Source of the DNA: Paramicrosporidium saccamoebae KSL3
Taxonomy: Eukaryota > Fungi > Cryptomycota
Direction of reading: 5' to 3'
Length of the DNA: 13,235 nucleotides
Assembly (NCBI GenBank): GCA_002794465.1
Contig: MTSL01000148.1
Coordinates: 1-13,235, forward strand
The first letter of the stretch is position 1; every line of letters begins with the position of its first letter. Both the position numbers and the translations under genes were made by a program. The notes beneath the pieces were generated by a model. It was given only the letters and a program-made list of their open reading frames with translations. It did no database searches and was not told the origin of the DNA. Of the stretch, positions 10,501 through 13,235 are shown one piece after another.

Positions 10501-13235
10501 CAGCTCTGAAGGAGTGCGTTATACCAGCTCAACTGTCTCATTGACGCAAGAATCGAGTAGTAATAGCTTTGAAGAAGTGCCTCCCGCTAGCTCAGCTACT
10601 TCATCGGCGCAGGAATCGAGTAGCAACAGCTCTGAAAAATTGTCTTCGACTCGATCAAGTACTTTATCAACACAAGAATCAAGCAGCAGTTTTGAAGAAG
10701 TTTCTTTTACTAGCCCAACTACCTCATCAACACAAGCATTAGGCAGTAGTTTTGAAGGAGTGTCTTTCACCAGATCAGCTATCTCATCGGCGCAAGCATT
10801 AAGCAGCAACAGCTTTGAAGAAGTGTCTTTCACTGGATCAACTATCTCATCAGTGCAAGAATCGAGCAGTAGCTCTGAAGAGGTGTCGCCCGCTAGTTCA
10901 ACTACTTCACCGACGCGAGCGTTAAGCAGCAGTAGTTCTGAAGAAGTACCATCCACCAGATCAACTGTCTTAGTGGTGCAAGAATCAAGCAGTAACAGCT
11001 CTGAAGAAGGACAGTCCATCAGATCAACCACCTCATCGGTGCAAACATCGAGTAGCCACAGCTCTGAAAAAGTGTCGTCTACTAAATCACCGGTCTCATC
11101 GATACAGGCATTAAGCAGCAGCTCGGAAGAAGTGTATTTCACTAGCTCAATTGCCCCGTTGGTGCAAGAATCAAGTAGAAGTGGTTCTGAAGAGGTGTCG
11201 CCTACTAGCCTAACTACCTTATCGGCGCAAGCACTAAGCAGCAACAGTTCCGAAGACGGACAGTCCACTAGTTCAACTACCTTGTCGGTGCAAGCACTAA
11301 GCAGGAGCTCTGAAGAGATGTCTTCCACCAGATCAACTACTTCATCAACGCAAGCATTAAGTAGTAGTTCTGAAAAAGCGCCTTCTACTAGCTCAACTAC
11401 CCCATCGGTACAAGTATCAAGGTGCTACAGCTCTGAAGTACCACCCACTAGCTTAACTGCTTCATCGGCGCAAGAACCGAGTAGCGACAGTTCTGAAGAA
11501 GCGTCTTCCACCAGATCAACCGCCTCTTTAACGCAAGTATTTAGTACTAGTTCTGAAAAAGTGTCTTCTACTAGCTCAACTGCCTCATCGGCGCAAGAAT
11601 CGATTAGTAATAGCTCCGAAGTATCGCCCACCGGATCAACTGCCTCATTAACGCAAGCATTGAGCAGTAGTTCTGAAAAAGTGTCCTCTACTATATCAAC
11701 TGTCTCACCAGTGCGATTACTAGGTAACAGGAATCCTAAAGAAACATCGTCTACCAGGTCAACTACCTCATCGGCACAAGCATTAAGCAGTTTTGAAGAA
11801 GTATCTTTTACAAGCCCAACTACCTTATTGGCACAACCATTGGGCAGCAGTTTTGAAGAAGTGTCGTCTACCGGATCAACTATCTCGTCAGTGCAAGAAT
11901 CGAGCAGTAACAGCTCTGAAATAGGGCAGTCCACTAGCTCAACTACTCTATCGGTGCAAGCATTGAGCAGCAGTAGTTTTGAAGAGATTTCGTCCATCAG
12001 ATCAGCCACTCCACCGGCGCAAGCGCTAAGCAGTAGTTTCGAAGAAGTGTCGTCTACTAGCTCAACTACCCCATTGGTGCGAGGATCAAGCAGTAGCAGC
12101 TCTGAAGAAGGACAGTCCATCCGATCAGTCACCACATCGGTGCAAACATCGAGTAGCCACAGCTCTGAAAAAGTGTCGTCTACTAGATCGCCGGCCTCAT
12201 CGATACAGGCATCAAGCAGCAGCTCTGAAGAAATGCCGTCTAATAGCTCAGCTGTTTTATCGGCGCGAGAATTAAGCAGCAACAGCTCCGAAGACGGACA
12301 GTCTACCAGGTCAACTACCTCATCGGTACAAGTATCAAGGAGCTACAGCTCCGAAGTATCGCCCACCGGATCAACTGTCTCATCGGCGCAAGAATCGAGT
12401 AGCAATAGATCTGAAGAAACGTTTTCCACCAGATCAACTACTTCATCGACGCAAGCGTTAAGCAGTAATTCTGGAAATGTGTCCTCTACCAGATCAACCG
12501 TCTCACCAGTGCGAGTATTAGGCAACAGGAATCCTAAAGAAACATCGTCTACTAGGCCAACTACCTCATCAACACGAGCATCAAGCAGCTTTGAAGAAGT
12601 GTCTTCCACCAGATCAACTACCTCATTAACGCAAGCATTAAGCAGCAGTTTTGAAGGAGTGTCTTCCACCAGGTCAGTTATCTCATCAATGCAAACAGCG
12701 AATCATAGCAGCTTTGAAGACGTATCACCCACCGCGTCTACCACTTTGTCGATTAAACCAGCAGACATCAGTAACTCTAAAGAAGCGCCCTCCAGTGCAC
12801 CCAGTACATCGGTTGTGCCCCCACCGCAAGAGTCAAACAGTAATAGCTCTGAAAGAATGATGCCCATTATGGCGACTGCTAGCATCCGGGAATCATCTGC
12901 TACCAGTGCGGATAGAACATTAGGCGAAACGCCTTCCTCTGAATCTACCATGCCATCGAGTACGTCAGCAGCGCAAAGGCGCTCTTTCAGCTCCAGAAAC
13001 ATTTATATATCGGCATCCCACAATCCAGCCTCCTTTGTAGCACCGCTGCGGTTCTCCAATTCGGAAAGCCACTCTGCATCGGAATCCCATGCTGCATCAC
13101 GAACCGGATCTCCCTGGACGGAATCGAGGACAAGTCTCACTATCGCAGCATGTCCTCCTGCAAGTCGTAGCATGTGCACCCATTATGTGCCTGTGATCAT
13201 CACCACCGTGATCAACAATATCATCAACGGTGCCG
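1499..13235 (+). CDS. Giant secreted mucin-like Ser/Thr/Glu-rich tandem-repeat protein, 3'-partial (>=3912 aa)
   Basis: ATG at 1499 gives MPFIYILLLSLLAAVPIEGHWVRSLRD...; the same frame (codon starts = 2 mod 3) reads SSEEVQSTRSTTSS at ~4070 and ...MCTHYVPVIITTVINNIINGA at the window end. I translated many segments without meeting a stop. The ORF track lists nothing in this frame, as expected if it only reports stop-terminated ORFs. The shadow ORFs keep one antisense frame from 1510 to 13002, so there is no frameshift. Confidence 0.93.
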   Translation, partial: MPFIYILLLSLLAAVPIEGHWVRSLRDNDKVSQEERASSNVSLQTTEKGLRPIVDLVDTIVANLPITILLSPNNSVPQAVLSTTLTTTPTTARTTTSTLTPTTTPTTTARTTTPTSTSATTPIASRTTTPTSTSTITPMTTPTTLSSQTSSNGSPRATSTATPTTNGRTTTPISTPTTTPMTTPTAFASQSSSGGSPTVTPTTTVTSSLQSLCGGSPSVTSTTTARLTTPASTPTTAPTTSRATTPISTPTTTPTTNPITTSTTLPSQLSNGGTFTVTPTTTPVTPPANTPTTTTVTSSLRSLCGGSPSVTSTTTPTVIARTTTPASTPTTTPTTPITTSTTFSSQPSSNGSPSVTSTRLTATPTTTPTTNPVTTSTTLPSQSSSDASSSVTTTSTSTTTPATTPTTSNSPSSSSSGGASSSTSSITPVTTPPTSSSQPSSSSSSGGAPSTTPATTPMPTSTTSNSPSSSSSGGLSLTTPPTTPMTTPTSNQRASSSNFEGASSATSPITYIATPTPSSSQPSSSGSSEGVLSTTPANTSNQLSSSSSGGVSSITQSTTPMTTPITSNPLSSSSSSGGLSSVTSPIPSITTPATSSDPPSSSSNSGEGSSTAPATTSATTSTTSNQPSSSSSGEVSSITQFPTPMTTPITSSSQPSSSSSSEAVPSATSPITSVTTPTTTSNQSSGSSSSGGASSITPPTTPMTTPTTSSNSPSSGNSSIAQTTTPPTTPMTAPTTSNSLSNSNSSRGASTTVTVTPVTTPSTIPMTASTTLYSQSSDSSNSEGISPTTPLTTSMMTSSASSNLPSSISSSGERSFNISTTTPTTILNMPSQSSSSSSEEASSTISNASSAQALSSSSEEVQSTRSTTSSMHTLSSTPGEVSSTKSTTSSAQALSNSSEEVSSNSSAAPSTQALSSSPEEVSSASSTVSSVQMTSSSSEEVQSARSTASSEQVLSSSSGDVSSTQSTTSSAQAVSSSSEGMFPTIPTTSSTQESSNSSFEEVSSNSSAAPSTQALSSRPEEVSSASSTTLSVQEPGGSSSEGFSSTRLTASSVQTSSSNSSEEVFSTSSTSSSTHTLSSTPGEVPSTRSTTSSAQVLSSEGPEGVSSTGLTISLRQGSSSNSSEEAQSTSSTFSSTQVLNSSSDQVSSTTSATSSVQVSRSYSSEEASLTRSTASPVQESGSSSSEGFLSTRSTASSVQASSSNGSEEVSSTSSTSSSTHTLSSSSEEVPSTSSTALSAPEFNSSRSEERSSAPSVQESISSSEEVQFTRSTTLSAQALSSSSEGVSSVRPTTSAVQESRSNSSEEASSTRSTVSLVQELSSNSREEGPSTSSTTSSTYALSSSSEEVPSSRSPASSIRESSSNSSEEVQSTLSTSSSVQALSSSGFEEVPYTRSIASSVQALSSSSGEGSSTKSTTLSVQESSSSFEEVSPTSSTASSAQESSRSGSEEVPPTSSTTLSAQALSSNSSEDGQSTSSTTLSVQALSRTSEEMSSTNSTTLMAQELSSNSSEEGRFIRSAASSMQGSSSSSSEEVQSTSSAALSARASSDSSSGEAPSTRSATLLAQTLSSGSGELSSTRPTTSSTQALGSDSSEGVRYTSSTVSSMHESSSNSSEDGQSTSSATLSMQGSSSLGSEEVSSTRSPTLSTQDLSSDGVEEVSSTGSATSSVQVSRSHSSEAASSTTSTASSGQEPSSHSSGEVQSLRATISSTQASSSSSFEEMLSTGSATSAAQVLNSSSEEVYSAGSTASSVQESSSNSSEETSSTRSTTSSAQTLSSSSGESSSTRPTISSAQELGNNSSEGVSSASLIASSVQGSSGHNSEEVPSTQSTTSLTQELSSSSGEASSTRSTTSPAQTLSSSSSEDVQSTRSATPSTQVSSSNSSEEVSSIRPTTSSAQTLSSGSGELSFTRSTTSSTQVLSSSSEEAYSTSSIASSVQELNSSSSEEHSLFSSTISSAQEPSSNSSEKASSTRSSASSIQALSSSSGEVSYARATASSAQESISGSSEEEQPTSSIASSTQALSSNSSEEVSFTSSISSSMQEPGSHSSGEVQSSGATISSAQVLSSNSSEDGQSTSLTTFSVQAFSSSPEEVYSTSSTASSMRESSSNSLEEVSSTGSTISSVQVSRSHSSEAVSSTNSTASSGQEPSSHSSGEVQSLRATISSTQASSSSSFEEVLSTMSTISSAQALSSSSEGVYPTSSTTSSVQESSSDGSVEGSPARPTASLTQALSSSSEKMSSASSTASSAQESVSNSPEAPPTRSTASSVQESRSGSSDELSFTRSAISSTQALSSSSEEVSSAITATPSVQALSRSSSKEVPSISSTTLSVQVLGSSFEELSSTSSISPLARELSSNSSEEGQSTGSTLSSVQTASSGHEEESSNSSTISLAQALSSSYEERLTSSASSPAQESSSSNSEEASSTRSTASSAQALNSSPEEASSTRSATSSVQSLSNSSGEVPSISSIASLMQALGISSEEVSSTSSTISSAQGSISNSSQEEQPISSTTPSAQALSSRSFEGVSSNSSTASLVQESSSNSSEDGHSTSPTFSSVQESSGNNSGEGQFTRSTTLLTQGSGSNSFKEVSSDSSATLSAHALSSSSEEESSASSTSSSVQALGIISGEFSSTRPAISSAQALSSRSFEGASFTSSTASLVQESSSNSSEDGHSTSSTFSSVQESSSNSSEETSSTRSNALSVQELSSSSSEKVSSTRSITSPTQVLSSSSGEVFSTSAIASSVQGSSSHSSEEVPSTQSTTSLTQELSSSSGEVSSTKPTTSSTQALSSSIEQVQFTRSTASSVQTASGNSSEEIQSTRTTTLSVQTSDSNSPEGLYSISSTASSIQEPGSSYEEEPSTSSTFSSTHGLSSSSGEGSSTGSASFEEVSPTSSTTSPIQTLSSSFEEVSSTRSTVSPIRVLGNRNSKETLSTISTTSSVQALSSSPEEVYATTSTTSSVQTLSSSSEEVQPISSTIYSMQTSRNSSEEVQSIRATTLSVQALSSNSSEGVRYTSSTVSLTQESSSNSFEEVPPASSATSSAQESSSNSSEKLSSTRSSTLSTQESSSSFEEVSFTSPTTSSTQALGSSFEGVSFTRSAISSAQALSSNSFEEVSFTGSTISSVQESSSSSEEVSPASSTTSPTRALSSSSSEEVPSTRSTVLVVQESSSNSSEEGQSIRSTTSSVQTSSSHSSEKVSSTKSPVSSIQALSSSSEEVYFTSSIAPLVQESSRSGSEEVSPTSLTTLSAQALSSNSSEDGQSTSSTTLSVQALSRSSEEMSSTRSTTSSTQALSSSSEKAPSTSSTTPSVQVSRCYSSEVPPTSLTASSAQEPSSDSSEEASSTRSTASLTQVFSTSSEKVSSTSSTASSAQESISNSSEVSPTGSTASLTQALSSSSEKVSSTISTVSPVRLLGNRNPKETSSTRSTTSSAQALSSFEEVSFTSPTTLLAQPLGSSFEEVSSTGSTISSVQESSSNSSEIGQSTSSTTLSVQALSSSSFEEISSIRSATPPAQALSSSFEEVSSTSSTTPLVRGSSSSSSEEGQSIRSVTTSVQTSSSHSSEKVSSTRSPASSIQASSSSSEEMPSNSSAVLSARELSSNSSEDGQSTRSTTSSVQVSRSYSSEVSPTGSTVSSAQESSSNRSEETFSTRSTTSSTQALSSNSGNVSSTRSTVSPVRVLGNRNPKETSSTRPTTSSTRASSSFEEVSSTRSTTSLTQALSSSFEGVSSTRSVISSMQTANHSSFEDVSPTASTTLSIKPADISNSKEAPSSAPSTSVVPPPQESNSNSSERMMPIMATASIRESSATSADRTLGETPSSESTMPSSTSAAQRRSFSSRNIYISASHNPASFVAPLRFSNSESHSASESHAASRTGSPWTESRTSLTIAACPPASRSMCTHYVPVIITTVINNIINGA
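1742..2720 (+). repeat. Repeat zone A: Thr/Pro-rich degenerate coding repeats
   Basis: Recurrent actactacacc / acgcccaccactacgccgacgac motifs encoding TTPxSTPTTTPxT, punctuated by Q-x-SSNGSPSVTST-like blocks. Confidence 0.85.
2721..3985 (+). repeat. Repeat zone B: ~15 units, mostly 78-87 nt, (N/S)QPSSSS(S)SGGxSS + TTPMTTPTT
   Basis: Anchor ccatcaag(c/t)agtagt..tctgg(g/a)gga recurs near 2722, 2806, 2890, 2968, 3055, 3118, 3199, 3283, 3370, 3454, 3541, 3628, 3709, 3817 and 3904. Confidence 0.85.
3986..12720 (+). repeat. Repeat zone C: ~140 degenerate 60/63-nt coding tandem repeats (20/21 aa)
   Basis: Anchor agcagctctgaagaagt recurs every 60 or 63 nt; consensus SEEVSSTRSTTSSAQALSS(S). Copy number estimated as span divided by ~61.5 nt, not counted unit by unit. 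Confidence 0.95.
12721..13235 (+). other. Non-repetitive C-proximal region of the giant ORF (incomplete)
   Basis: Periodicity ends after SSFEDV at ~12720; translation continues ...KPADISNSKEAPSSAPSTSVVPPPQES...GSPWTESRTSLTIAACPPASRSMCTHYVPVIITTVINNIINGA with no stop. Confidence 0.85.

Noticed and set aside
3986-12720. CRISPR-like appearance (recurrent anchor plus variable spacer, ~60-nt period)
   Set aside because: Anchors are degenerate, 'spacers' are homologous to each other, period varies in steps of 3 and the whole array is in one coding frame; no cas genes.
5499-12860. Short ORFs 6456-6704, 7830-8069, 9861-10097, 12651-12860 (+) and 5499-5705 (-)
   Set aside because: Alternative-frame by-products; the similarity of 6456 and 7830 just reflects the 1365-nt duplication.
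1510-13002. Minus-strand ORFs encoding Val/Leu/Glu/Cys-rich repeats (ELLLNACADEVVELV..., superficially LRR-like)
   Set aside because: Antisense shadows: repeatedly broken by stops, no credible start or signal, and fully explained by the codon content of the uninterrupted + strand ORF.
1499-13235. Naming the gene as FLO11, MSB2, HKR1 or a MUC gene
   Set aside because: Only compositional and architectural similarity; no diagnostic domain or recognisable repeat is visible in the window.

Overview
Eukaryotic-looking window dominated by one feature that the supplied ORF track omits: a single uninterrupted + strand reading frame from ATG 1499 that runs off the right edge (at least 3912 codons, no stop, no intron needed). 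It encodes a very large secreted mucin-like Ser/Thr-rich protein: signal peptide (MPFIYILLLSLLAAVPIEG), about 60 non-repetitive residues, a Thr/Pro-rich zone (~1742-2720), about 15 Ser/Gly/Thr/Pro units (~2721-3985), roughly 140 degenerate 60/63-nt units of consensus SEEVSSTRSTTSSAQALSS(S) (~3986-12720), then a non-repetitive tail with two Cys and an Ile/Val-rich stretch at the window edge. A TATA box sits about 52 nt upstream of the ATG. Fifteen of the minus-strand ORFs in the track share one frame and are antisense shadows of this gene. The most interesting aspect is the mass repetition of Ser-Ser-Ser-Glu-Glu, the casein-type phospho-cluster motif, in a secreted protein. Bases 1-1430 are unresolved (intergenic, or fragments of a spliced neighbour). 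I cannot assign the organism or a gene name.
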